DNA of 64,000 nt from an uncultured Candidatus Poseidoniales archaeon (GCA_963997415.1 CAXEMN010000001.1:24220-88219); one strand, 5' to 3'; counted from the stretch's first letter, positions 46,934 to 56,595 are shown. Numbers and translations: made by a program. Notes: generated from the sequence alone by a model not told the origin.

Positions 46934-48007
46934 TCAATCTTCAGAAGTTGACTCAACAATTGACTTCTTCAAATCGCTGAGAAGATGAGATTGACTGTTC
47001 TTTTTGTGCATCTCATTGAGCAGCCCTTTGGCCTTCTCCCACTTGCGGATATTGTACATGCAATGCTTTGGGTCTGGTCGAACGGTTCTGATGGTTCGTT
47101 GGTAGGTCATGATACCAACCATGGTTCGGATGAAGCCCTTGCCAGCCTTTTCAGCAGCACCATCGTTTTCACCTTCCCGAGTTCCAGGGATTGTATGTTG
47201 CACCACTGGAACATTTGATTCTTCAACAATGCCAACGCCAGAATCAGTCAGAACGGTGACGGTTGCAAAACCGAGCATTGTGCCCAATGGTGAGCGAGCT
47301 ACAACAACTTCGGAGATGCGATCAAACAGAATGCGTCGGTGTGAGCGAGAGAGCAAAAAACTGTGTTCAAAGATGATTGCATCGCTTGTAATGGCATAGT
47401 GGAAACTTCGTTGGTAATAGAAGACCAAGGCCGTGTAAATGGCTACGAAGGCGCCACCAAAGAGGAGTGGCTGGTAGTCTGGGATGATACCGCCAATGCC
47501 TTCATCCATGAAAATTCCAGTGATGAAATGCAACAGATCATCAACTAATGCAACGGATGGTGCCAAGGATACGATGAGCAACCCAACCGTCACCCAACGG
47601 CCCGAGGTAGAGACGTTCATCAAACGGTTCATCCATGTGACAAAGAGCATGACTGCGGTCAAACCGAACGTGTCACTTGTGAAGAGGGCGGTTGCGAGGA
47701 GGTCGACAAGGAAATTCTCGCTTTCCGTTCCCGGTCGAATCTCGAACATGGCGTGGATCGCCAAGACCAACAAACCAAGGAGGTATAAATTGACGAACGC
47801 AAAGGTGCTTGGACGCTTTGTGAGAAGGATTTCTTCACCAGCAATAATCCGGAATTTTTTCCCAAGTTTTGCTTGTTCTGCAGCTTTTGTGTCCTCTACA
47901 GTGGCAGGGTCTGCTTCGGTTTCGGTCGAGGTGGATTCATCGCTCATAGCCATCGCTCCATTCGATTGGTGCCCGGACAACCCAAATAAGACCTTGCCTC
48001 CATGCAT
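46934..48007 (-). CDS. Membrane protein with a bacterial PH (bPH_2 / YdbS-YdbT-like) domain
   Basis: Several TM helices, then AITSDAIIFEHSFLLSRSHRRILFDRISEVVVARSPLGTMLGFATVTV, typical of bPH_2. The start may be ATG 47953. Confidence 0.55.
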   Translation of the reverse strand: MHGGKVLFGLSGHQSNGAMAMSDESTSTETEADPATVEDTKAAEQAKLGKKFRIIAGEEILLTKRPSTFAFVNLYLLGLLVLAIHAMFEIRPGTESENFLVDLLATALFTSDTFGLTAVMLFVTWMNRLMNVSTSGRWVTVGLLIVSLAPSVALVDDLLHFITGIFMDEGIGGIIPDYQPLLFGGAFVAIYTALVFYYQRSFHYAITSDAIIFEHSFLLSRSHRRILFDRISEVVVARSPLGTMLGFATVTVLTDSGVGIVEESNVPVVQHTIPGTREGENDGAAEKAGKGFIRTMVGIMTYQRTIRTVRPDPKHCMYNIRKWEKAKGLLNEMHKKNSQSHLLSDLKKSIVESTSED

Positions 48008-48048
48008 CGCTCCTTGATGGCAAAAAGGCTGGATTCAAACCAGTGCGC

Positions 48049-49254
48049 TCAATGGAGCAAGCCCCATGAGTGCTCAGCATTCCCACGTGCCCATGCGTAA
48101 TCCGTTTCTTTACGAACTCCATATTCGTCGATGATCCTCAATTTTTCAAGTTCAAGCGGGTATTCATTGTAAGTGAGGTGCGAAGTAAGTCCACCCCGGG
48201 TCGGTTGGTTGAACGTCCAATGAGCTCGTTCGATGGCTTGAACCGTCAATTCAATCACGGTTCGGCCATTCCACATTTTGACATGGAATTTTGGAAGAGG
48301 TGCTCCAGGTGAGTGGCCATGTTTCCCCTCACTGAGGGTGGATCCAACCTTCTCCACTGTGACGTGTGTAAATCGCTCGCTCCTTCGATGCCGCCCATCG
48401 TGAAAAAGTCCACCTTGTGAAAGGTCAATGTGGCCAAAGTCACGCCGCTTCCAAGGCCGGTTGTCACGTGCGGTGACGGTGAATGAAAGGTGGGGCAAAA
48501 ACCAATCGATATACGATCCATCATCGAGATGGAGCACCCCCCAATACCACGGGACTGAGGGTGCTTGAACACTGACCTTTTGGAAGTATGCAGTACCTTT
48601 CACTGCCTCATCGTCAAGTGTGCCAGTGGCCTTCGTACCATGCAAGCGAAGGATGTCGTACCCCATGTTTGCGGCGTAGGTTGCTGTGGCCTCTCTTGCT
48701 GTTGACATCGCACTGTTCCATGGAGTCAATTTGAGCCGAATCTGCTTGGGCACTTCAGGATGTGCTGCTTCTTCGTCCGTTGCAAGGTTCAGCCAAAATT
48801 CACTGAGATCACTCTTCAGACCCATGCTTAGGTCTTCAGGTAAAAGGGGGACAACTGCGCCTCCACCTTGGCCTACATCATCACCTTGAGATGGCCATTG
48901 CGGGTGCGTGTCTGGCATAGCTACAATACGACAAATCCGCTTAATCACTGGTTCATGCATTTGTTGACCATCAAACCACCACGCACACACCATCCCATCG
49001 AGAGCCATGCCGTCATGCTCATCAAAGCCAGGTCGTCCCTGAGGCGTCCATGGCGTGCCGTTGACTTCCACTAGGGGATTGTCTTTGGTCGACCAGAGCA
49101 CCATCAATTGTTTTCCACTTGGTTTCCCATTTGGATCCTCAAGCATGACCAACCACCACCACCAGTCCCAAGTGAGATGGTGCAAAGGGGGTCTGTTTTG
49201 CAGCCTCCACATCGTAGAAAGATCGCCAGCAAACGCAGACATTTCTTCGGTCAT
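48049..49254 (-). CDS. Trp-rich beta-protein, possibly AttH/CrtC/tocopherol-cyclase-like
   Basis: The assignment is weak and from memory. LTWDWWWWLVML near the N-terminus and the C-terminal GNAEHSWG recall the lipocalin-like AttH/CrtC fold. It is the last gene of the ABC operon (4-nt overlap). Confidence 0.35.
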   Translation of the reverse strand: MTEEMSAFAGDLSTMWRLQNRPPLHHLTWDWWWWLVMLEDPNGKPSGKQLMVLWSTKDNPLVEVNGTPWTPQGRPGFDEHDGMALDGMVCAWWFDGQQMHEPVIKRICRIVAMPDTHPQWPSQGDDVGQGGGAVVPLLPEDLSMGLKSDLSEFWLNLATDEEAAHPEVPKQIRLKLTPWNSAMSTAREATATYAANMGYDILRLHGTKATGTLDDEAVKGTAYFQKVSVQAPSVPWYWGVLHLDDGSYIDWFLPHLSFTVTARDNRPWKRRDFGHIDLSQGGLFHDGRHRRSERFTHVTVEKVGSTLSEGKHGHSPGAPLPKFHVKMWNGRTVIELTVQAIERAHWTFNQPTRGGLTSHLTYNEYPLELEKLRIIDEYGVRKETDYAWARGNAEHSWGLLH

Positions 49255-50555
49255 TCAATTTCCTTCCCTTTGAAAATTGCACCACCAATGAACCAGAGCA
49301 CTGCCCCCTGCACAAGCAAGACGACTGTGGCTATGACTGCTGAAATCAGCCCCGAAGTTCCCACACCGGGTTCAGAGTGGAAGAAATCCAAAGCCAAGGA
49401 GGTCGAATGAATCAGTCCGAAGTCACCCATTAACTGCCCTTGAAGAATGAAAATATCGATGTTTGGCCATGCCATCAATGCTGCTGCGTCGACGATCATC
49501 AAGGCCCAACCCACGACTGAAAAGCGAAGAATTGGTGCATCAGGTGCGCCCATTGAAACAATGCACATGCCAAGTTCCCATGCGGCGAAGGGAATGGCGA
49601 GGACGATTCCAAACCGCCACATCGTTCCTAAAGCACAAAATAGCATCCCATACACAAAGGAAGCCATCATCGTAGCAAAGACGATTGCAAGCCATACTGC
49701 AAGGTCTTGGAATCTGAAGAAACCGTCACTTGGTCCTATGAACCCAGAGATCAATGCAAAGATGATGCCGAGGCCAATGAAGTAGGGCCAAACAATGCCG
49801 AGGTAGCCAAGGATCCGATAGAGGAAGACTTCGGTTCTGGCAATCGGTTTTGAGAGCATGAAATGCATGGTGCCATCGTTCATCTCTTCACGAATCAATC
49901 CAGTGGCCAAAAAGAGCGGTAGGAACATCCCAAGCAGCAATACGAACCCCATCTTCCCAATGCCAAGAACAAATGCCATATGGCTGGCTTCAGCTGCGTA
50001 TGCAGCATCGTCAGGATCTTCGTCGACGTAGTTATCTGCTTCAGCATACCAATCACCACTGAACCGGTCGCGTTCAATTAAAATGTCACAAATGATGTTG
50101 TTGTCGTTCGAATCCTTTTGCGAGTTTGTTCGGTCTGCATCCCTACAATCGCCATCATCATCGTAACCGGTTGACTGTTCATCTGCGCCGCCACTTATGG
50201 TGATGTCAAAGCCGTCCTCGTCGATGTAATTCGAAGCAGGTTCGGGTTCGATTGAGGGTGTGAGCAACCCCGGATGTGAGTTGTCCATGTACGGGTCGGT
50301 GCCATATTTGATCTCTTGACCAGTCGGATAACCGTCATTGTCCGGGTCTTCGCTGTCTCTGTCGTTGTCAACCGATTCAAATCCAGTTGCCATGACGTCA
50401 ATATAAATCAATAGAACAAGCGAAATAGCAACGAGGCCAACGCCAAGAACAACCCACGTCGAGGCCTTTGTTCGGTATTGCCGCATCGTGAATTCGGTGA
50501 TTGCAGCGGCCTTTCGATCGAGCGCTCGATAGATGGTGTTCGGTCTCGATTCCAT
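49251..50555 (-). CDS. ABC-2 type permease with a large acidic Ca-binding-like extracytoplasmic loop
   Basis: One TM helix, then a ~140-aa Asp-rich insert (DPDNDGYPTGQEIKYGTDPYMD; DDDGDCRDAD), then five more TM helices. Confidence 0.55.
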   Translation of the reverse strand: MESRPNTIYRALDRKAAAITEFTMRQYRTKASTWVVLGVGLVAISLVLLIYIDVMATGFESVDNDRDSEDPDNDGYPTGQEIKYGTDPYMDNSHPGLLTPSIEPEPASNYIDEDGFDITISGGADEQSTGYDDDGDCRDADRTNSQKDSNDNNIICDILIERDRFSGDWYAEADNYVDEDPDDAAYAAEASHMAFVLGIGKMGFVLLLGMFLPLFLATGLIREEMNDGTMHFMLSKPIARTEVFLYRILGYLGIVWPYFIGLGIIFALISGFIGPSDGFFRFQDLAVWLAIVFATMMASFVYGMLFCALGTMWRFGIVLAIPFAAWELGMCIVSMGAPDAPILRFSVVGWALMIVDAAALMAWPNIDIFILQGQLMGDFGLIHSTSLALDFFHSEPGVGTSGLISAVIATVVLLVQGAVLWFIGGAIFKGKEIE

Positions 50556-51544
50556 CAGATTCCACCGCCTGAGGTGAGGTAGCCAAGGATGGAGGCAAGG
50601 TCATCATCTGGATTGTCAATCGTGTGAATGCGATGGCCATTTTCGACAATCGCTGCGGGTAATTTCGAATGGATTGCCCCTAAGTTGTGGGTTTGAATTG
50701 AAAGATTTTTCTTGTCTGGGAACGAGATTCCGTAGACCTCATCCATGTCGATGACATCTTTGGCCAAGGCCTTTGCATCTTCGGCCTCGATGGTGATCCT
50801 GTGCGGGATTTGGTCCAGCTTATCACGTATAGCGTGAAGGTTACCAAGTGCAAGCAAACGGCCATTATGGAGGATCACAATTTGTTCAGTGATCCGTTCA
50901 ATCTCCTGAAGAATATGGCTGCTCACAATGACAGTTCGACCCATGCGGCCGAGTTCTCGTATGACATTCATGATGGTTGTTCGGGCGAGGGGGTCACACC
51001 CTTGCAGTGGTTCATCAAGAATAATCAATTCAGGGTCGTTGACAAGCGCATGAGCAATCTTTGCCCGTTGCCTCATTCCTTTGGAGTATTGTCCAATTTT
51101 CTTGTGAGCAACATCGGCAAGACCAACGAAATTCAAGACACGGTCCGCTTCCAACATTGCTTCAGCGCGAGTGAGTCCGTTGAGTCTGGCAAAAGTGGAT
51201 ACAAACTGATGTGCAGTCATCCAGTCGTACATTTTTTCATGCTCCGGTACGAAGCCAACTCGTGCGTAAGGCGCAGGGTTTTTCCAAGGGTCCGTACCAA
51301 AGAGTCGGATTTTCCCTTGGCTAGGTTTGAGCTTCCCCATCAGGAGTTTGAACATGGTTGACTTTCCAGCACCATTCATTCCAAGAATACCAGTCACGCC
51401 GCCGTTAAGGGCCATTGTAATGTTCGAGAGGGCGAAGATCCTCCCATACGATTTCGACACTCCCTCCAAGAGCACCGCTGGAGCGCTGAGGTCGGGCTGC
51501 CAGGCCTTGGTTTGGCCCTTCCCCTGTTGATCAAAATCAGGCAT
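50555..51544 (-). CDS. ABC transporter ATP-binding protein (second NBD)
   Basis: Walker A GILGMNGAGKST, signature-like YSKGMRQR, and Walker B LILDEP. Start at ATG 51544, sharing 1 nt with the upstream stop. Confidence 0.85.
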   Translation of the reverse strand: MPDFDQQGKGQTKAWQPDLSAPAVLLEGVSKSYGRIFALSNITMALNGGVTGILGMNGAGKSTMFKLLMGKLKPSQGKIRLFGTDPWKNPAPYARVGFVPEHEKMYDWMTAHQFVSTFARLNGLTRAEAMLEADRVLNFVGLADVAHKKIGQYSKGMRQRAKIAHALVNDPELIILDEPLQGCDPLARTTIMNVIRELGRMGRTVIVSSHILQEIERITEQIVILHNGRLLALGNLHAIRDKLDQIPHRITIEAEDAKALAKDVIDMDEVYGISFPDKKNLSIQTHNLGAIHSKLPAAIVENGHRIHTIDNPDDDLASILGYLTSGGGI

Positions 51545-52581
51545 CACTCTCGAGTCACCTCCATTGAAGACACTCGTGCGCTTAAGGTGTACAAGGCAAT
51601 GGCATTCATTGCGATCAATGAAGCAAGGGACCATGTCCAAGAATATTGGTCGTAGGTGGGTTGCGTTCCAATCATCGTTTGACCCACGTGAGCCATACAG
51701 TCATAGGGCGAAAGCAGGTAGAGAATTTCACGATCAAAGAGTGTTGAAACCAAGATGGCCAGAACTTTGGTCCCAAGCACAATCGACAACAGTCCTATTC
51801 CAGGGAAAAACTTGCCTTTGGATACGCTGGACAGTGACAGGCCAATGCTTGTGTATGTGAAAATAAGCACCATGCCTGACAAAAAGGCCGCTAAAAACAA
51901 AGGGAATGTGTCCATGATCCAAGCCCAACCACGTCCAAGGGCGATGATTTCGGCAAAGTAGTACAGGGACAATGTGAGCAACACCACAAACGATTGAATC
52001 AACGCTACGGATACAAATTTCATTCCTACATAGTCAAAACGAGTGATTGGCCTTGAGAAGTACAGTGCAGAGGTGCCATGTTGCCGGTCTTCCGAGATTA
52101 CGCTACCGACCAAAAGCGCAGCCACGATTGGATAGTAGAGCACATTTCGAGGGAAGAAACCGAGCACATGGCCGTAGAGATTATCGCGGCTTACCCCCCA
52201 AAGTTGGTGGAGGGTGCCGTCACCAACCAAGCCTGATAGCAGTGTTAACGCCGCATCGCTAAGCGAAGCAATGAACACGATCAGAATGAACAAACGTGTC
52301 GGCATCCCCCAGGGCCTGTGGCCCTTTTTGAAGATTCCAAGGAGATGGTGGCGAAGAATGGCCCAGTTTCTCATCCAACGAGGATTAAGTGTTCCTTTCC
52401 AAGGCTTGTAGACTTGCTCGAAAACATGGCCAGTTGAGGTAGGTTGTGAAACCTCGGTCGCCGAAAGATCCTCATCACCCTCGCTTGATCCCCATGCGGC
52501 CTCCATCCGTCCTTGTCCAGTCACAGGTGCTTCAGCACCAAACTCAATCGATTGTTCGGGGATGGTCTCTTCCTCATTCAC
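51544..52581 (-). CDS. ABC-2 type permease
   Basis: Acidic N-terminus, then YKPWKGTLNPRWMRNWAI and six hydrophobic segments. Confidence 0.6.
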   Translation of the reverse strand: MNEEETIPEQSIEFGAEAPVTGQGRMEAAWGSSEGDEDLSATEVSQPTSTGHVFEQVYKPWKGTLNPRWMRNWAILRHHLLGIFKKGHRPWGMPTRLFILIVFIASLSDAALTLLSGLVGDGTLHQLWGVSRDNLYGHVLGFFPRNVLYYPIVAALLVGSVISEDRQHGTSALYFSRPITRFDYVGMKFVSVALIQSFVVLLTLSLYYFAEIIALGRGWAWIMDTFPLFLAAFLSGMVLIFTYTSIGLSLSSVSKGKFFPGIGLLSIVLGTKVLAILVSTLFDREILYLLSPYDCMAHVGQTMIGTQPTYDQYSWTWSLASLIAMNAIALYTLSARVSSMEVTRE

Positions 52582-53588
52582 GCACCTCCACCTCCCATGT
52601 GCGCTGGTGCGTCGACCTTTCGAGCAAGAGCTGGAGAAGCGAGAAGATCTTCGCTTGTTTTGATTTCATAACCTAAATTTTCCATGATGACCAAGAAGAG
52701 ATCTTCGAGTGAAGCCTCGTATTCGTGCATCCGGCGAACTTGAGCGCCAGTTTTAGCGGCACAGCGGAGGATACGTGTGGTGGTATCCTCGCCCATGTGA
52801 GCGATCCTCATCACCCGGCCTTCTCTTCGAACAGTAAGGCCGTCTGCTTCCATGGCCTGAGCAAGGCGCGTTGCGCCACCCCAGACGTGAATCTCGATTT
52901 CTCGGTCGATCGCTTTCAAATCCTCGATAGCACCTTGTGCGGCTAACTTTCCTTTGTGCAGCAGCACAATATTTTCACAAACTCGTTCAACATCATCCAT
53001 CAAGTGCGACGCCATCAAGACCGAACGGTTGCCGGATTTCACGGTCGTCGTCAGGGTTTGAATCATGTATTCGCGGGCTTGAGCATCGAGTCCGTTCGAT
53101 GGTTCATCGGCAATGATTAATTCAGGATCATGAATGAGAGCGCATGCCAATTTTGTCGCCTGTTTCATGCCTGTCGAAAAACTTCCAATGTTTCGATAAC
53201 GCTGTTCGCCAATGCCAACATACTGCAGTGTTTCATGAGCTCGAGCCAAGGCTACAGTGGGGTTCATTCCCAACAATTCACCAGAATAGCGCACTTGGTG
53301 GATAGCGTCCATGTCAGGGTTCAGTGCGTCGTATTCGGGCATGTAGCCAATTCGTGCACGAATGGCATCACCTTCGGTTCGAATGTCATGGCCTAGAACT
53401 GTTCCTTGACCCTCTGTGGCTTGAATAAGTCCAAGAATTGTTTTCAAAAACGTGGATTTACCTGCCCCGTTTGGGCCAAGCAGGCCCGTAGCACCCTTTT
53501 CTACGGCCAGATTTAATTTATCAAGCGCCACATGTGGGCCGTATGATTTGGTGAGGTCAGTGGTTTTGATGATGAGTTCGTCGACCAC
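52578..53588 (-). CDS. ABC transporter ATP-binding protein (first NBD)
   Basis: Walker A GLLGPNGAGKSTFL, signature-like FSTGMKQ, Walker B IIADEPSNGLD, and H-loop ASHLM. Confidence 0.88.
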   Translation of the reverse strand: MVDELIIKTTDLTKSYGPHVALDKLNLAVEKGATGLLGPNGAGKSTFLKTILGLIQATEGQGTVLGHDIRTEGDAIRARIGYMPEYDALNPDMDAIHQVRYSGELLGMNPTVALARAHETLQYVGIGEQRYRNIGSFSTGMKQATKLACALIHDPELIIADEPSNGLDAQAREYMIQTLTTTVKSGNRSVLMASHLMDDVERVCENIVLLHKGKLAAQGAIEDLKAIDREIEIHVWGGATRLAQAMEADGLTVRREGRVMRIAHMGEDTTTRILRCAAKTGAQVRRMHEYEASLEDLFLVIMENLGYEIKTSEDLLASPALARKVDAPAHMGGGGA

Positions 53589-53665
53589 TTGTAGACCTCC
53601 TTACCTGTTGTGTGGTAAGCGAAGGACCTTGAATGCTCCTCCGTCATGGAGGTGCTGTGCTTCGA

Positions 53666-55933
53666 TTACTGCGAGATGCCGCCCCGGGTTTTGACAGCGA
53701 TGCCTTTCTTGAAACCACAGAATTCGTCCACGGTTCCATTGGACAGACCATGGCCTAACAGTTCACCTTTTTTGTTCACGACTAAGCATGTCTGTGATGG
53801 TCGAATCCAAGGGTCAACGGCCAGCACAAATCCATGGAATACATTTCGGCCTTGCCGAACAAACGGCTCCGCATCATCATCGACAACCACCCAAGCTGGC
53901 CCCTCACCAACGGTAGCCATCCTGAATTGTGAGTCGAGCGTAGATGGCGCAGGTGCAGTTCTCAGTTTGTGAAGTGCTTTTGCACCATCATCTGTAAGGG
54001 AAAGTCCACCGTCTCCAAGCCTTGGACTTGCGATGTGCAATCCATCTTTTGTGATGGCGTTCTTCACACGCCCCTGGCGATTCACGACAAATGTGGCTTG
54101 GTCCATTAGCGCTCGAGCATCGTCTTGGCTGATGTTGAGGAGGACGGTTAATTTGTCAGCGACAAGGCGTTGGTAAACAATTGATTTTGCAACATCACGC
54201 CCTTCCCGATCGAGAGGTATTTCACTCGCTGTGGTGTCATCGATGCTCTTGATGATTCCATGGTTTTCGAGGGCAGACATGCATCGAGCTTGAATCCCAT
54301 CACCGAGCATATCGACGGTGATGATCTTTCTCTCGCCGAGTCCAAGACGGTCCAGTTCTCTACGAACCCATTGGAGGTTTGGGCGGCGGCGCCAAAGCCA
54401 ATTTGGCCCGTCGATATGTGCAAAAGGGTTCAGATCTTCAAGGGAGTAGGGGACAAGACCGACAGGGGTGAGAATAAAGACTTCAAGTCCAGGGCAATGA
54501 TGCGTTAATCGGACCATGACGTCGCTCAAACGCTCTCGCCAAGGACCGGGGCTGCCGTGCATGATGAGGACCGAATCATCGCCTTTGGCTTGAATTCCAG
54601 AAGGTCGCCACCTGTTGATCATTTGCCTGCGAGCTGCTACAATATGTGGCCGCACAAATGTGTCCTCTCCGCCCCAAGGCTCACCTCCTTTCCGAGGGGA
54701 TTCTTGGGCGTGAACAAGCCAGTCCCATCCCTCTTCCCAGGTCCCTGCTTCGGCGCCACGCTCTCGCCCAGCATCTCGGTCATTGAGAATAAGATCATCG
54801 AGCATTTTCAACTTCATCATCGCCTGTTGAGGTCGAGTGGAGAGCCATAAAAATGCTTCACGAAGAGCAGGGTGCTGATGACTACGCCGCTCAACAAGAC
54901 GCCAAATCGTGCCGTCTCTAATCGCTTGCTTACAGCGTGCTAATTCACTGAGCGTCATTTCCAAGTTGTAGCGAGCAAGAAGTTTGGTCCGCTCATCTTT
55001 CGGCATTGCCTTCGCTTCCAATGGGCTGATGTAGGCCACACATGGCATCATCATCGGCCAATCATTCATGGATTCAATTCGCTCAGTGCCCCACGGTGTC
55101 AAGAGACGCCCATCTCTGGCAAAGAGTGCATATGCGGCCGAGTCAAACAGATCTGCACCCAATGCAATTGACATTGGGAACAGCATAGGGTGGCCGCAGC
55201 CAAACATGTGAACAGGGCGTTGAGGAGGTAGGTATGGAAGGGTAGCAAGCATGATCTTGGCATAGTCCTTGTATCGATGCTGTTCCATCACAGGTACGAT
55301 TCCGCCGATGGGATGAACTGCAAACTCAAAGGCTGCCATTCCCTTGGCTGATTTTGTTCTCAATTCCTTGAACAGTCCGCCTTGAATGGGGCCGTTCAAC
55401 ATCGTAGTTCCGGCTGTTTTGACGCTCGGTTTTGCACGGTTGAGGGTCTCATCAACACATGCCTCGACTTGAGCATAGGTCATGTCGGGCCTGGAGAAGA
55501 CATCGAGCATTGTAGCGATGTCAACCCCGATGTTATTCTGAAATTCTACAATTTGTTCCACACCGACCTCAACATCGCCATAAATGTAGGATTGGAATGT
55601 ACCTGAATCAGTCATGACGACGCCTGGAAAATTGAGCAAAGCATGAACGCCATCAGTTGTAGCCTTAGCCTTCAATTCATCATGCTTCCAAATGATGTAG
55701 GAGTTGGTGATGAGTGCGCCAATGCCATACCTGTCCCACATTTCTCGTGGTTCAATGGTTCGTATATTGGGGTTGATCACTGGAAGAAGGGCAGGTGTCT
55801 CGAGAATCCCGTGAGCGGTGTGAAGGCGCCCGAGCCTTGCTCGCCCATCACGAGCGGTAATTTCGAACAATCCCCTGTCCTGTTCTCTGCAAGGTTTGGG
55901 GTCGTCTCGATGACCTTCATTCCATGCGCCCAT
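53666..55933 (-). CDS. tgtA: Archaeosine tRNA-guanine transglycosylase family protein (long form with DUF5591-like and PUA C-terminal region)
   Basis: Motifs: FEITARDGRARLGRLHTAHGILETPALLPV, VMTDSGTFQ, GPIQGG, HPIGGIVP, HMFGCGHP, DLFDSAAY, and a C-terminal PUA-like domain. ATG 55933 is preceded by GGGGGAG. Confidence 0.85.
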   Translation of the reverse strand: MGAWNEGHRDDPKPCREQDRGLFEITARDGRARLGRLHTAHGILETPALLPVINPNIRTIEPREMWDRYGIGALITNSYIIWKHDELKAKATTDGVHALLNFPGVVMTDSGTFQSYIYGDVEVGVEQIVEFQNNIGVDIATMLDVFSRPDMTYAQVEACVDETLNRAKPSVKTAGTTMLNGPIQGGLFKELRTKSAKGMAAFEFAVHPIGGIVPVMEQHRYKDYAKIMLATLPYLPPQRPVHMFGCGHPMLFPMSIALGADLFDSAAYALFARDGRLLTPWGTERIESMNDWPMMMPCVAYISPLEAKAMPKDERTKLLARYNLEMTLSELARCKQAIRDGTIWRLVERRSHQHPALREAFLWLSTRPQQAMMKLKMLDDLILNDRDAGRERGAEAGTWEEGWDWLVHAQESPRKGGEPWGGEDTFVRPHIVAARRQMINRWRPSGIQAKGDDSVLIMHGSPGPWRERLSDVMVRLTHHCPGLEVFILTPVGLVPYSLEDLNPFAHIDGPNWLWRRRPNLQWVRRELDRLGLGERKIITVDMLGDGIQARCMSALENHGIIKSIDDTTASEIPLDREGRDVAKSIVYQRLVADKLTVLLNISQDDARALMDQATFVVNRQGRVKNAITKDGLHIASPRLGDGGLSLTDDGAKALHKLRTAPAPSTLDSQFRMATVGEGPAWVVVDDDAEPFVRQGRNVFHGFVLAVDPWIRPSQTCLVVNKKGELLGHGLSNGTVDEFCGFKKGIAVKTRGGISQ

Positions 55934-55937
55934 GTTG

Positions 55938-55944
55938 CTCCCCC
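55938..55944 (-). promoter_or_regulatory. Shine-Dalgarno-like GGGGGAG upstream of tgtA ATG 55933
   Basis: The minus strand reads cacGGGGGAGcaacATG. Confidence 0.45.
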
Positions 55945-55997
55945 GTGGTCCAGCGTCCTTCAATCCATCCATCGAGATAGGGCTTCACTATCCATCA

Positions 55998-56456
55998 TCA
56001 AACAAATTCGACTTTGCCATGGACGAGGATGAATTCTCGTCCTAAGTCGTCGAAGGTATCGAGCAGTGCCTTGTCGAATCGAACCCTCATGACCTCTGGG
56101 TCATCCTCGAGGTCGTTTTTGACGCCCTCGAGTGTGCCTGGGGCAGCGCCGCATGAAAGGCAAGCACCTGTGAGGTCCAAAACGAGGTCCAATGCTTCGG
56201 TTCCATCATCGGCCCAGGCCACGGAGGACACGGCAATACCTCCGCCATGTCCGTCAAGAGCAGCACGAACATCGCCTAACCTCGACAGCAATGCAGGAAC
56301 CATTTGTTCGCTGTGAAGAACGGTCAAGAGCGAGGTTGCCTTTAGCCTCTCTTCTTCCTCAGGGTCAACTGATTCTGCGATTCGTTTTGCCGCCTCTGCG
56401 GACATCGCTGCCTTCGCCTCAGCGGCGTATGCTGCGACCAAATCATCTTCCTCCAT
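55998..56456 (-). CDS. NifU C-terminal (Nfu-type) Fe-S scaffold/carrier domain protein
   Basis: GGGIAVSSV...LDLTGACLSCGAAPGTLEGV carries the Nfu CxxC motif. Divergent from the suf operon. Confidence 0.7.
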   Translation of the reverse strand: MEEDDLVAAYAAEAKAAMSAEAAKRIAESVDPEEEERLKATSLLTVLHSEQMVPALLSRLGDVRAALDGHGGGIAVSSVAWADDGTEALDLVLDLTGACLSCGAAPGTLEGVKNDLEDDPEVMRVRFDKALLDTFDDLGREFILVHGKVEFV

Positions 56457-56595
56457 GATTTGTGGTCATTGCGCCTCCATTTCAAGGCTCGGATGAATTT
56501 TGAACCAAATTGGCTGTCAGTTGGCGCAATCTGTGAATACTTTACCACTACAGCCCTTGATAAAGGAGAGCCGTGAGGGTGTGGTGGGTGTGGCG

